A DNA stretch of 64,000 bases from an uncultured delta proteobacterium (GTDB lineage: Bacteria > Myxococcota_A > Polyangia > Polyangiales > Polyangiaceae). The stretch lies in contig CAWDXG010000001.1 of assembly GCA_963806225.1 (NCBI GenBank), positions 864,001-928,000 on the forward strand. The letters run 5' to 3'. This document shows, piece after piece, positions 23,135 to 33,270 of this stretch. Each line of letters starts with the position of its first letter. The first letter of the stretch is position 1. Made by a program: the position numbers and the translations under genes. A model generated the notes under the pieces. The model was not told the origin of the DNA. It did not search any database and saw nothing but the letters and a program-made list of their open reading frames with translations.

Positions 23135-24139
23135 ATGGACCTGAGCACGAAGTACCTTGGACTGACGCTTTCGCATCCTCTGATGGCGGGCGCTTCTCCG
23201 CTCGTGGATGACCTGGACATGGTGCGGCGCCTCGAGGATGCCGGCGCCGCGGCCATCGTGATGCACTCGCTGTTCGAGGAACAGATCACGCGGGAACAGG
23301 TCAGCGCGCAGCGCATCCTCGACACGCCCGCCGAGTCCTTCGCCGAGGCGCTCAGCTACTTTCCCGAGCCGGAAGACTACATGCTCGGCCCCGACGAGTA
23401 TCTCGAGCAGATACGGCGCGTGAAGTCGGCGGTTGGCGTGCCGGTCATGGGATCGCTGAACGGCGTGACCGACCGCGGCTGGCTCGAGTACGCGCGGCTG
23501 ATCGAGCAGGCCGGCGCGGATGCGCTGGAGCTGAACGTCTATTCGCTCGAGACGGACGCGACCGTCCCGGCCGAGCAGGTCGAGCAGCGCATCGTGGACA
23601 TGGTCCAGAGCGTCAGGCGCGCAACGCGGCTGCCGCTCGCCATCAAGCTCTCGCCCTTCTACACCTCGCTCGGGCATTTCACGCGCCGGCTCGTCGAAGC
23701 GGGCGCCGACGGCATCGTGCTGTTCAATCGCTTCTACCAGCCAGACATCGATATCGAGGAGCTGGAGGTGGCGCACCGGCTGCGTCTGTCCGATTCGTCG
23801 GAGTTGCTGCTGCGGCTGCGCTGGCTCGCCGTGCTCTACGGAGCCGAGCGTCATTCGCTGGCGGTGACCGGCGGCGTGCATACCGGCGTCGACGCTCTCA
23901 AGGCCGTGATGGCGGGGGCGAGCGGCGTGCAGATGGTTTCCGCTCTGCTGCACCACGGGCCGGAGCACATCGCCACCGTGCGCGAGGAGATGAACAGCTG
24001 GCTCGACGAGCACGAGTACAACTCGCTCGGGCAGGCGCTCGGCAGCATGAGCCTCGAGCACTGCCCTGAGCCGGCGGCCTATGAGCGCGGCAACTACGTC
24101 CGCATACTCCAGAACTGGCGCGACAATCTCGAGAGCTGA
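23135..24139 (+). CDS. Dihydroorotate dehydrogenase-like flavoprotein (PFOR-associated type)
   Basis: MDLST.YLGL.L..P, SLFEEQI, KLSP, LFNRFYQPDID, LRW.A, TGGVH, YERGNY. Confidence 0.88.
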   Translation: MDLSTKYLGLTLSHPLMAGASPLVDDLDMVRRLEDAGAAAIVMHSLFEEQITREQVSAQRILDTPAESFAEALSYFPEPEDYMLGPDEYLEQIRRVKSAVGVPVMGSLNGVTDRGWLEYARLIEQAGADALELNVYSLETDATVPAEQVEQRIVDMVQSVRRATRLPLAIKLSPFYTSLGHFTRRLVEAGADGIVLFNRFYQPDIDIEELEVAHRLRLSDSSELLLRLRWLAVLYGAERHSLAVTGGVHTGVDALKAVMAGASGVQMVSALLHHGPEHIATVREEMNSWLDEHEYNSLGQALGSMSLEHCPEPAAYERGNYVRILQNWRDNLES

Positions 24140-24148
24140 CCGCTCCGC

Positions 24149-24892
24149 CTAGAAGTACAGCTCCGCGCCGAGTGTGGCGACGGCCTGGAACTTCCACTCG
24201 CTCTTGATGCTGTTGATGTGGAACGCGGTGGGCGAGTCGAACGTCGTGTTGATGCGCTCGCTGAGCTTGCTGCTGACGCCGGGGTTGTAGCCGCCGCGCA
24301 GCTGGAAGGGGATGCGCAGGTCGATGGCCGGCAGCGGTAGCTTGATCTCGAGCCCCGCGCCGAAGGCGATCATCGTGTAGTTGTCGGCGGTCGCCTTCAT
24401 CGGCGGAAGGCCGGGTTTGTCGACCTCCAGTGAACCGCTGCCCGGGAACACGAACTCGGGGCCAACGAAGAACTCGGGCGCCACGATGGGCGCAGGCACC
24501 ACCAGCTTGGCCAGCACCGGCACATGCCAGGCCGATTGCCCGAGCGTGATGTGGAACTTGTAGTTGTTGATGCTCAGGTCCCCGCTGCCCTTGTCGCTGG
24601 TGCGGAACACGTCGAGCTCCACGCCGAGCAGCTTGATGAAGCGCGCGTCGATCATCAGCCCGCCACCGGCCGTCATGCCGGCGAAGCCCGGATAGATGTC
24701 CGGGGCCGGAAGGGTCTGGCCGCCCGCGTTGGTCAGCGTCTTTTCCGACGGCTTGTCGAGGAAGTTGCCGCCGATGACGCCGCCGAGCCCGACGCCGAGC
24801 TTGAAGGCACCGCCCTTGGCGAAGGCGGGCAGAGCGATGGAACTGGCGGCGAGTGCAGCCAACAGAGCGACGGTACGGGGGCGTGACATCAT
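24149..24892 (-). CDS. Outer-membrane beta-barrel protein
   Basis: Signal peptide (PAFA), alternating beta strands, C-terminal LGAELYF. Confidence 0.7.
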   Translation of the reverse strand: MMSRPRTVALLAALAASSIALPAFAKGGAFKLGVGLGGVIGGNFLDKPSEKTLTNAGGQTLPAPDIYPGFAGMTAGGGLMIDARFIKLLGVELDVFRTSDKGSGDLSINNYKFHITLGQSAWHVPVLAKLVVPAPIVAPEFFVGPEFVFPGSGSLEVDKPGLPPMKATADNYTMIAFGAGLEIKLPLPAIDLRIPFQLRGGYNPGVSSKLSERINTTFDSPTAFHINSIKSEWKFQAVATLGAELYF

Positions 24893-24959
24893 GTTCTCCT
24901 CCTCGCCAGCAGCACGTGGGCTTCCACGGGCACGCCGGCGGCGCTACTCTACATCGGCC

Positions 24960-26126
24960 TTGTTTTTCTGGAAGCGCGAAATCCTGCTCGCTCTGGGCTG
25001 CGGGCTCGCGGCGTTGCTACCGGCCTGCTCGTCGGGAGACAAGCCCGCGGAATCGCACTCCGGTCCGGCCTGGCTCTCCGGCGCGAAGGTCCTGGTGCAT
25101 GGCCCGGACAACACGTACGCGGACTGCCGCAAGGTCATCTGCCGGCACAACGAGAACACCGATCTGACCACGTGGAACGGCGGCATCTACCTGGTCCACC
25201 GCACCGCGATCGGCCAGAAGCTCGGCCCGAACAGCGCGCTCCACGTCTACCGCAGCGACGACGGCGGAAAGACGTTCCAGGAGACGGCGCTCATCGACGC
25301 GCCGTCCGACCGCGATATCCGCGACCCCAGCTTCTACGTTGTAGGCGGCGAGCTCTACATCAAGGCGCTGACGCGCCTGCCGGTGAATTCAACCCGCGAT
25401 TCCAACGTGGACACCGTCGCGGTGGCCACACATTCGAGCGACGGCAGGACGTGGACGCCGCTAGAGGACATCGGGCCCCACGGCTGGAGCTTCTGGCGCA
25501 TCAAGGAGCACGCCGGCGTCTACTACAACGCCGCGTACGAGGATGGCGACAAGAGCGTCGTGCTCTTCAGCTCGAAGGATGGCGTCGTCTGGACCGCCGG
25601 CGCGACCATCTACGACATCAGCAAGGACACGCCGCTCGAGACGGAGCTCACTTTCATGCCTTCGGGGCGCCTGCTCGCCCTGGTGCGCATGGATGGCACC
25701 GACCAGGAACTGCTCGGCGACGAGGGGCGGCTGCGCACCAAGGTGTGCTGGGCGACCGCGCCGTATTCGAAGTTCGACTGCCCCCAGGAGCTGACGGGGC
25801 AGCGGCTCGACGGCCCCGTGAGCTTCTTCCACGACTCGCGCCTGTTCGTTGTGGCCCGCAAGCACCTTACGGGTACGGGCAAGAAGCGCACGGCCCTGTT
25901 CGAGATCACCGGCAAGCTCGAAGGCGGCCCCATCGGTATCAAGGAGTGGGGCGAGCTGCCGAGCGCGGGCGATACCTCGTACGCCGGCGTCCAGCCCATC
26001 GACAAGAACAGAGAGCTCGTCACCTGGTACTCGGGCGACCTCGAGCTCGATCACGCCTGGCTCATCGCCATGTTCGAGCCGACCGACATCTGGAAGGGCG
26101 TCATCGATTTTTCGAAGCTGAAGTGA
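24960..26126 (+). CDS. BNR/Asp-box (sialidase-like) beta-propeller lipoprotein
   Basis: Lipobox LPAC; Asp-boxes SDDGGKTF, SSDGRTW, SKDGVVW; RDP; GDTSY; start codon uncertain. Confidence 0.75.
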   Translation: MFFWKREILLALGCGLAALLPACSSGDKPAESHSGPAWLSGAKVLVHGPDNTYADCRKVICRHNENTDLTTWNGGIYLVHRTAIGQKLGPNSALHVYRSDDGGKTFQETALIDAPSDRDIRDPSFYVVGGELYIKALTRLPVNSTRDSNVDTVAVATHSSDGRTWTPLEDIGPHGWSFWRIKEHAGVYYNAAYEDGDKSVVLFSSKDGVVWTAGATIYDISKDTPLETELTFMPSGRLLALVRMDGTDQELLGDEGRLRTKVCWATAPYSKFDCPQELTGQRLDGPVSFFHDSRLFVVARKHLTGTGKKRTALFEITGKLEGGPIGIKEWGELPSAGDTSYAGVQPIDKNRELVTWYSGDLELDHAWLIAMFEPTDIWKGVIDFSKLK

Positions 26127-26152
26127 AGAACAAGGGTTTTGCCTTCAAGTTC

Positions 26153-26791
26153 ATGTCCAATCGCTGGCTCTTTGTCTTCGCTGTCTCCCTGAGCTGCAGC
26201 GCTTGCGGCGGCAGCGTCACGTCGGGATCGAACCAGGGCCAAGGCGGCACGGGCGCAAGCGGTGGCACGGGCGCAAGCGGCGGAGCAGCGGGCAGCGGAG
26301 GAGGTACTTCGAGCTGCGTTCCCGGTGGCGACTGCGCCACCCCGGGCGACACCTGCACTCCGCCGGGATGCTGTCAGTGCACGTATCTCTGCTCGGGCAA
26401 GCACTGGCAGCCCGGCGCGTGTCCGTCGTGCCCCGCAGTGATGTGTCCAGGCACGCCGCCCAATGACGGTGCCCCGTGCGACAGCTGCCAGGATCCGGTC
26501 AACCAACCCTGTAGCTATGGCGTGTGTACGGCGGTCGCCACATGCGACGGTCAACGCTGGCACGTCGAGATCCCACCGTGTCCGCCGCCAGCGCCGTGCG
26601 ACGGCTCGAACGCGTGTCCCGCGGGGCAGCTCTGTGTGCATCCCGGCGGGCTCGGCGACTCGCCCTACTGCGCGAAGAATCCCTGCTCGTCCGAGCCGGT
26701 GAGCTGCCAATGCGCGGGCTCGCTCTGCACCTACGGCTACTGCGCGAACGCAACGCCCAGCGGCGTCTATTGCGATTGTCCGGACTGTTGA
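26153..26791 (+). CDS. Cys-rich lipoprotein
   Basis: Lipobox CSAC; Gly-rich linker with 18-bp GGTGAS repeat; more than 20 Cys. Confidence 0.72.
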   Translation: MSNRWLFVFAVSLSCSACGGSVTSGSNQGQGGTGASGGTGASGGAAGSGGGTSSCVPGGDCATPGDTCTPPGCCQCTYLCSGKHWQPGACPSCPAVMCPGTPPNDGAPCDSCQDPVNQPCSYGVCTAVATCDGQRWHVEIPPCPPPAPCDGSNACPAGQLCVHPGGLGDSPYCAKNPCSSEPVSCQCAGSLCTYGYCANATPSGVYCDCPDC

Positions 26792-26837
26792 AGGTCGTCT
26801 TCCCGCGCCGCCGGCGGGCCTGTACGCTGCGGCCCTC

Positions 26838-27224
26838 ATGACGATCCGCATTGTCCGCCTCGGCCAGCCCCGTAGCCGAAACGAAGGGCTCCGCATCGGC
26901 ACCGTGCGCCGGCCGCCGCGCGGCGTTCCGGCCAGCCGCTTCGCGTCCGATGACTGGTACGACGTCTGGTATCCGGATCTGTCGCCGAGCCCGGAGTTGG
27001 TCAAGCTCGGTCAGAGCGCAAGGACCGATCGCGAGTGGTCCGCGTTCAAGAAGCGGTTTCGCAAGGAGATGACCCAACCGACTGCGCGCCGCACCCTGGA
27101 TCTGCTCGCGGCGCTGTCGCACACGACGAACCTCTCCGTCGGCTGCTACTGCGAGGACGAAGCACACTGCCATCGCTCCGTGTTGCGGGAGCTTCTCGCG
27201 GAGCGCGGCGCCGCGCTCCGCTGA
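26838..27224 (+). CDS. DUF488 (YeaO-like) protein
   Basis: EGLRIGTVRRPPRGV, W.PDLSPS, CYCEDE.HCHRS. Confidence 0.85.
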   Translation: MTIRIVRLGQPRSRNEGLRIGTVRRPPRGVPASRFASDDWYDVWYPDLSPSPELVKLGQSARTDREWSAFKKRFRKEMTQPTARRTLDLLAALSHTTNLSVGCYCEDEAHCHRSVLRELLAERGAALR

Positions 27225-27272
27225 CCATCTGCGCGCCGAGTGCCCTGACCCCGCTGCTACGCTGGGGGCCGC

Positions 27273-28541
27273 ATGGCGCGGATATTGCTGGCAGCGCAGG
27301 TCATGGGGGGCCGCTGGCTGTTCGCGTTCGCGCTGGGGATCCTGCTGATCGTTCCGGCGCCGTTGCTTGTCGCCACGCCCGCGCCGAGCGCATCGGGCGG
27401 CTGCGACACGCCGACCGGCGCCTGCCCGATATTCGAGGACGACGCTGGCGCGCTCGCGCCGATGCCCGACGTGAAGAAGTTCGAGCACGCGCTGCTGTTC
27501 TTCTGGGGCGTCGGCTGTGCCCACTGCGAAAAGGCCAAATCCTTCCTCGAGCGCCTGTCGCGCGAGGAGCCGAAGCTCGCCATCGAGCGCGTCGAGGTGC
27601 GCAGGGATCGCGAAGGGGCGCGAGCGCTTTCTGCGCAAGGTCAAGGAGCTTGGCATCAAGGCGCCCGGCATCCCGACGTTTGTCTACAACCGGAGCTACA
27701 TCGTCGGCTTCAACGAGGGCGTCACCGAGGACCAGGTGCGCCGCATGGTCCGCGGCAAGAGCGCGAGCTCGGCCCGAGGCAGTAGCGATCGGCTTGAACC
27801 GGTGGTGCTGCCCATCGTCGGCGAAGTGAATCCGTCGGAGATCCCGATGCCGGCCTTCACGCTGCTGGTCGGTTTGCTGGACGGCATCAACCCGTGCGCG
27901 ATGTGGGTGCTCTTGGTGCTGCTCGGCCTCTTGCTCCACGTCCGGCAGCGGAGGCGGCTGCTCCTGTTCGGTGGCGTGTTCGTACTGATGAGCGGCCTCG
28001 TCTATTTCCTGTTCATGACCGTGTGGGTCGGTCTGTTCCGGCTGGTCGGCATCTCGCGGCTCATCACGATAGGCCTCGGCGATCGTCGTCCTCGCGATGG
28101 GGCTCATCAACCTCAAGGAGCTCGTCTGGTTCAAGAAGGGCCCGTCGCTCACCATCCCCGACCAAGCCAAGCCCGGGCTCTACCGACGCATGCGCGGCGT
28201 GGCGAACGCCGCCAGCCTGCCCGCCGCGCTGCTCGGTATCACGCTTCCTCGCCTTCGTCGTGAATCTGATCGAGCTCGGCTGCACGCTTGGGCTGCCCGC
28301 GGTCTACACGCGCATCCTCACGTTGCGCGCGGATCTGCCGCCGTCGATGCACTACGCCTACCTCGCTCTGTACAACCTGGCGTACATCGTGCCGCTTGCG
28401 CTGATCGTCACGGTGTACGTGGCAACCTTGCATCGGCTGACCCTTGGCGAGCGGGGCGCGAAGGTGCTGAAGGCCGTGAGCGGCACGCTGCTGGTCGCGT
28501 TCGGGGTCGTGTTCATCGTCGCGCCGGGCCTCCTCGGCTGA
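27273..28541 (+). CDS. Thioredoxin/glutaredoxin domain fused to a CcdA-like membrane domain (frameshifts near 27610, 28080, 28240)
   Basis: WGVGCAHC, GIP (cis-Pro loop), DGINPCAMWVL, ELGCTLGLP, YNLAY pieces across ORFs 27273, 27517, 28097 and 27894. Confidence 0.75.
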
Positions 28542-28663
28542 GGCCACGCAGGCGCTGCGCCGGCGCACGGGCGCTGGCGCAGGCTGTGCGGGGGCGTGGC
28601 GGCCTGGCGTGGTCCGTGCGGCCGGACGCTCTGGCCTGGCTTTTGCCCCTTTTTCGATCCGCC

Positions 28664-31055
28664 ATGGCCAAACGTCACGTGATTCCGTTCCGCGAGATCG
28701 ATATGCAGCGACCTGCCCCAGGTCGGCGGCAAGAACGCTTCGCTGGGGGAGATGATCCAGACCCTGGCCGGTGTCGGCGTCCGCGTGCCCGACGGCTTTG
28801 CCGTGACGGCCGACGCCTACCGCGCAGCACCTCAGCGAAGCCGGCATCGAGGCGGAAATCTACGGCGCGCTCGACGAGCTCGAGCCCCGCGACATGCAGG
28901 CGCTGTCGCGCGTCGGCCGGTTCGTCCGCGAGCGCATCGGCAGCGCGCCGCTGCCGCGCGCCGTCGTCGAGCAGATCCTGGGCGCGTACCAGCGAGCTCA
29001 GCATCGCGCTACGAGGAGGCCGAGACCGACGTGGCGGTGCGCTCCAGCGCCACGGCCGAGGATCTGCCCGACGGCGTCCTTCGCCGGACAGCAGGAGACG
29101 TACCTCAACGTCCGCGGCGGCGACGCGGCTGCTCGCGGCGGTGCGCGACTGCATGGCCTCGCTCTTCACCGACCGCGCCATCGTCTACCGCCGGAGCGCG
29201 GCTTCGCCCATCGCGACGTGGCGCTCTCCGTCGGCGTGCAGAAGATGGTGCGCAGCGACCTGGCGTCCGCCGGCGTGATCTTCACGCTCGACACCGAGAC
29301 CGGCTTCCGCGACGTCGTCGTCGTCACCGGCGCGTGGGGCCTGGGCGAGACGGTCGTGCAGGGTCGCGTGAATCCCGACGAGTTCTGGGTGCACAAGCCG
29401 ACGCTTGCCGCGGGGTTCCGCCCGCTCGTGAAGAAGGAGTGCGGCGACAAGCAGATCAAGCTCGTCTACGCCGACGGCGGTACGCGCGCCGTCAAGGAGC
29501 TGCGTGTCCCGGCCCGCCAGCGCGAGCGCTTCGTGCTCGACGGACGACGAGATCCTCGAGCTGTCGCGCTGGGCCATCGACATCGAGAAGCACTACACCG
29601 AGCGCGCCGGCCACCCGACGCCCATGGACATCGAGTGGGCGAAGGACGGCCGGAGCGGCGAGCTTTTCATCGTGCAGGCGCGGCCCGAGACGGTGCGCTC
29701 GCAGGAGACCGCGCCGCACTTCGAGATGTACCGCCTGCGCGGCAAGGGCAAGGCGCTGGTGACGGGCAAGAGCGTGGGCGCCAAGATCGGCGCGGGCATC
29801 GTGCGCGTCGCGCTCTCGACAGACGAGCTGGCGGACTTCAAGGACGGCGAAGTGCTGGTCACCACCATGACCGACCCGGACTGGGAACCGATTCTCAGGC
29901 GGGCCGCGGCGGTCGTCACCGACCAGGGCGGCCGAACCTGCCACGCCGCCATCATCTCGCGCGAGATCGGCATTCCCAGCGTCGTCGGTACCAGCGATGC
30001 CACGAAGATCCTCGAGACCGGCCAGGAGGTGACCGTCTCGTGCGCCGAGGGCGACGAGGGGCGCGTGTACGCGGGGCGCGTCGAGTACGACCGCGAGGAC
30101 ATCGACCCGGACACGCTGCCGGAGCCGTCCGTTCCGGTGATGCTCAACGTGGGCAACCCGGAAAATGCCTTCCTGCTCGGGCAGCTACCGAGCGCTGGCG
30201 TGGGCCTGGCGCGCATCGAGTTCGTGATCTCGAGTCGGATCGGCGTGCACCCGATGGCGCTCCTGCACCCCGAGCACGTGGAGCACGCTGTGAACGCGGA
30301 GATCAAGCAAATCACCCGCAACTTCGCCTCGCCCGCCGAGTTCTTCGTGGAACGGCTCTCGCACGGCGTCGCGCAGATCGCCGCGGCGTTCTACCCGCGC
30401 CCGGTGATCGTTCGCTTCAGCGACTTCAAGTCGAACGAGTACGCGGGGCTGCTCGGCGGCGCCGCCTTCGAGCCGGAGGAGTCGAACCCGATGATCGGCT
30501 TCCGCGGCGCGTCGCGCTACTACCACGATCGCTACCGCGAGGGTTTCGCGCTCGAATGCCAGGCGATTGGCCGCGTCACCCGCGACATGGGCCTCACCAA
30601 CGTGAAGGTGATGATCCCGTTCTGTCGCACCATCGGCGAAGCGCAGAAGGTCATCGCCGAGCTCTCGAAGAACGGGCTCGAACGCGGCAAGGACGGCCTC
30701 GAGGTCTACGTGATGTGCGAGATCCCGAACAACGTGATTCTGGCCGCGGAGTTCAGCCAGCTATTCGATGGCTTCTCCATCGGCTCGAACGACCTGACCC
30801 AGCTCACGCTCGGCATCGATCGCGACTCGGAGATCCTCGCGCATCTGTTCGACGAGCGGGACCCTGGCGTCAAACGCATGATCGAGATGGTCGTCAAAGA
30901 CGGCGCACGAAAACCACCGCAAGGTCGGCATCTGCGGCCAGGCGCCCAGCGACTACCCGGAGTTCGCGGAATTCCTGGCTTCGCTCGGCATCGACAGCAT
31001 CTCGGTCACGCCGGACGCGCTGCCGCGCGTGGTGCGGCACGTGGCGAAACGATAA
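28664..31055 (+). CDS. ppsA: Phosphoenolpyruvate synthase (about 7-8 short frameshifts)
   Basis: [83 protein letters not shown] reassembled across frames; TAA at 31053-31055. Confidence 0.93.
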
Positions 31056-31078
31056 CCACCGGGAAGGGGAGCAGAACC

Positions 31079-31540
31079 ATGGACGATCGCAAACGGTACT
31101 CGGGCACCTGGTACAACCAGCACGGGTCGAGCATGGAGCTTTCGGTCAGCGAGGCGGGGGAGATCCGCGGGAAGTTCCGGAGCGGGATCGGCCTTTCGCA
31201 CCGCGACGAGAGCTTCGAGATGACCGGCTTCTCCGCGGGTGACGTGATCGCGTTCATTGTCGACTTCTCGAAATACGAGACGCTGACGACCTGGACCGGT
31301 CACTTCGTGACGGACGCCGGTGCGCCGGAGATCCAGGCGATCTGGCACATGGCCGTCGCCACGCCGCCGCGCCACGGCCGCGACCTGTGGAAGGGCACCT
31401 GGACCGGTGCCGACGTCTTCCGCCGCGAGCCGATGAGGAAACCGGGTCACCCGGGCCGCGTTCCGTCGCACCCGGTAGCCTGGCAGGAGGCCTTCGAGCT
31501 CCTCACCTCGTTGAGCGATCCCACCGAAGACGAGGAGTAG
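31079..31540 (+). CDS. Avidin/streptavidin-family protein without a signal peptide
   Basis: GTWYNQHGS, TTWTG, W..., LWKGTWTGADVF match streptavidin GTWYNQLGS / TTWSGQ / AWKSTLVGHDTF; own RBS GGGGAG and ATG. Confidence 0.85.
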   Translation: MDDRKRYSGTWYNQHGSSMELSVSEAGEIRGKFRSGIGLSHRDESFEMTGFSAGDVIAFIVDFSKYETLTTWTGHFVTDAGAPEIQAIWHMAVATPPRHGRDLWKGTWTGADVFRREPMRKPGHPGRVPSHPVAWQEAFELLTSLSDPTEDEE

Positions 31541-31566
31541 CCGAGGCGGGGGATCCAGCGCCGCCG

Positions 31567-32847
31567 TCAGGGTCGTTCGAGGAGCGGGAAGAACGCGCGG
31601 TCGACCACCATCATGTGGCGCGAGATGACGTCCTGGGCCAGGTACTCCACGATGGCGCCGAGGGTGGCTTTGCCCTCGTGCACGCGTTCCTTCAGGAATT
31701 CTGCCCTGCGCAACAAGCCGGCGTGCGCTCGCTTGTGGTGCTCGAGATCGGCGTAGCCGTGGGCGGCGAGGATGGCCTCCTCGTTCACGAAGTGGTGCCG
31801 CACATGCTCCAGCAGCGTGTCGAGCGCCCCGCCGAGTCCCCTGGGGTCCGCCTCCGCCTGGATCGCGGCCGAGATGAGCTGGTTGGCCAGCTCGAAAAGC
31901 TGGCGATGCTCGCCATCGATGGTCGCGTCACCGCACTCGTAGGCTTCATGCCACTGGAGGTGCAGCGGCGAAGCGTTGGCCTCGGCTAGCCAGAGATCGG
32001 AGTCGCCGCGGCGATCCACCACTACGCGGTTGCGGTCTGCGGCCTTCGCGGCGTAGAGCGCCGCGTCGAGGCGGCTGAACAGCGCCGGGGCGCCCTCGGC
32101 GCCGACGCGCTCCGCGACGCCGATGCTCACGGTGATCGCGCCTATGGTCTGGAACGAATGTCCGGCCACCGCGCGACACACGTTTTCCGCCACGCGTTCA
32201 GCGCCTCGGTAGCCGGCGGAGGCCGTCAGGATCACGAACTCGTCGCCGCCCCAGCGGAACAGGCTGTCCGACGCCCGCGTCCTCGATCGCACGAGATCCA
32301 CGAGCTCGCGCAGCACGGAATCGCCGACGGCGTGTCCGAACTCGTCGTTGATCCGCTTGAAGTGATCGACGTTGAACAGCACCAGCGACACGGGCTGCCG
32401 CCCCGCCGTGCCGCGCGCCAGCTCCGCCTCGATCGACCGGTCGAAATGGGTGCGGTTCCACGCGCCGGTCAGGTGGTCGGTGGCCGCGAGCCGCTCGAGT
32501 ACACCCACCCGCTCGCGGAGGCGATCGAGCTCGCTTTCGTAGTCCGGCGTGCCCGGGTAGCCGGCGATCAGGAGCACGTGCTCCGGCGAGCGGACAACGC
32601 GGACGCGCACCTCGACGGGGGCTGCGCGTGAAGGCACGCGCAAGGTGAGACGTTGGTCGTCCTCGCCGCTAGCGATCCGCGCTGCGGTCTCCGCATCGAG
32701 GTCGGCGCTGCCGAACCGGGCGGCCCAGGCCTTGTTGACCAGGACGAGCGCGCCCTCGACGGTCGCGAGCGCGAGCGGAGCGGCGAAGTCCATGAAGGCC
32801 CGCAGGACCGCGGCGGGGCCCGGGCTCTCCGACGTTGCGCGCTCCAT
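31567..32847 (-). CDS. GGDEF-hemerythrin protein with an N-terminal PAS-like region
   Basis: TDHLTG, RWGGDEF, I-site RASD; hemerythrin ligands IDGEH, HF..EE, H...H, H....D. Confidence 0.88.
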   Translation of the reverse strand: MERATSESPGPAAVLRAFMDFAAPLALATVEGALVLVNKAWAARFGSADLDAETAARIASGEDDQRLTLRVPSRAAPVEVRVRVVRSPEHVLLIAGYPGTPDYESELDRLRERVGVLERLAATDHLTGAWNRTHFDRSIEAELARGTAGRQPVSLVLFNVDHFKRINDEFGHAVGDSVLRELVDLVRSRTRASDSLFRWGGDEFVILTASAGYRGAERVAENVCRAVAGHSFQTIGAITVSIGVAERVGAEGAPALFSRLDAALYAAKAADRNRVVVDRRGDSDLWLAEANASPLHLQWHEAYECGDATIDGEHRQLFELANQLISAAIQAEADPRGLGGALDTLLEHVRHHFVNEEAILAAHGYADLEHHKRAHAGLLRRAEFLKERVHEGKATLGAIVEYLAQDVISRHMMVVDRAFFPLLERP

Positions 32848-33162
32848 CACGCTCCGGTCACGTTGTTCACGGCCTTGATCTCGCTCCGCACCGATCACAT
32901 CCGCCGCGCGCGCGTGTCAATTGCGGGCGTCAGCTGCCAGGGCGGGCTTGTCATGTGCGTGAGTGCGAAGGCCAGCGGCGACTACGCCGAGCGCCCAGGC
33001 CCCAATGATGCCTGCCAGGATACCGCGCCGGACCGACGGCCAGCAGCCTCAACCCGCACCCGGAGGAGTGTCGCGCGGCGGCGGGCGCGGGAGCCGGGTG
33101 CAGGTTGACCGCACGGAGCAGCCCAGGCGTCGTGGCGCGGAACGTCAACAGTCGGAAATGGT

Positions 33163-33171
33163 TGGTATAAT
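33163..33171 (+). promoter_or_regulatory. Extended -10 element TGGTATAAT
   Basis: Perfect TGnTATAAT in GC-rich intergenic DNA, 7 nt before ATG 33179. Confidence 0.45.
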
Positions 33172-33270
33172 CGCCGCCATGCGCGGCGCGACGCCTGAGC
33201 GGTTCCGCGACGCGCTGGGCGCACTATAGCTTTTCCCGGAGCTCGGCTCTGTGCTGCGATCCGGTTACTC

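Noticed and set aside
29504..31540. Apparent PEP synthase-avidin fusion
   Set aside because: A frameshift near 30898 bypasses the true PpsA end ([11 protein letters not shown]...TAA 31055); the avidin gene has its own RBS and ATG
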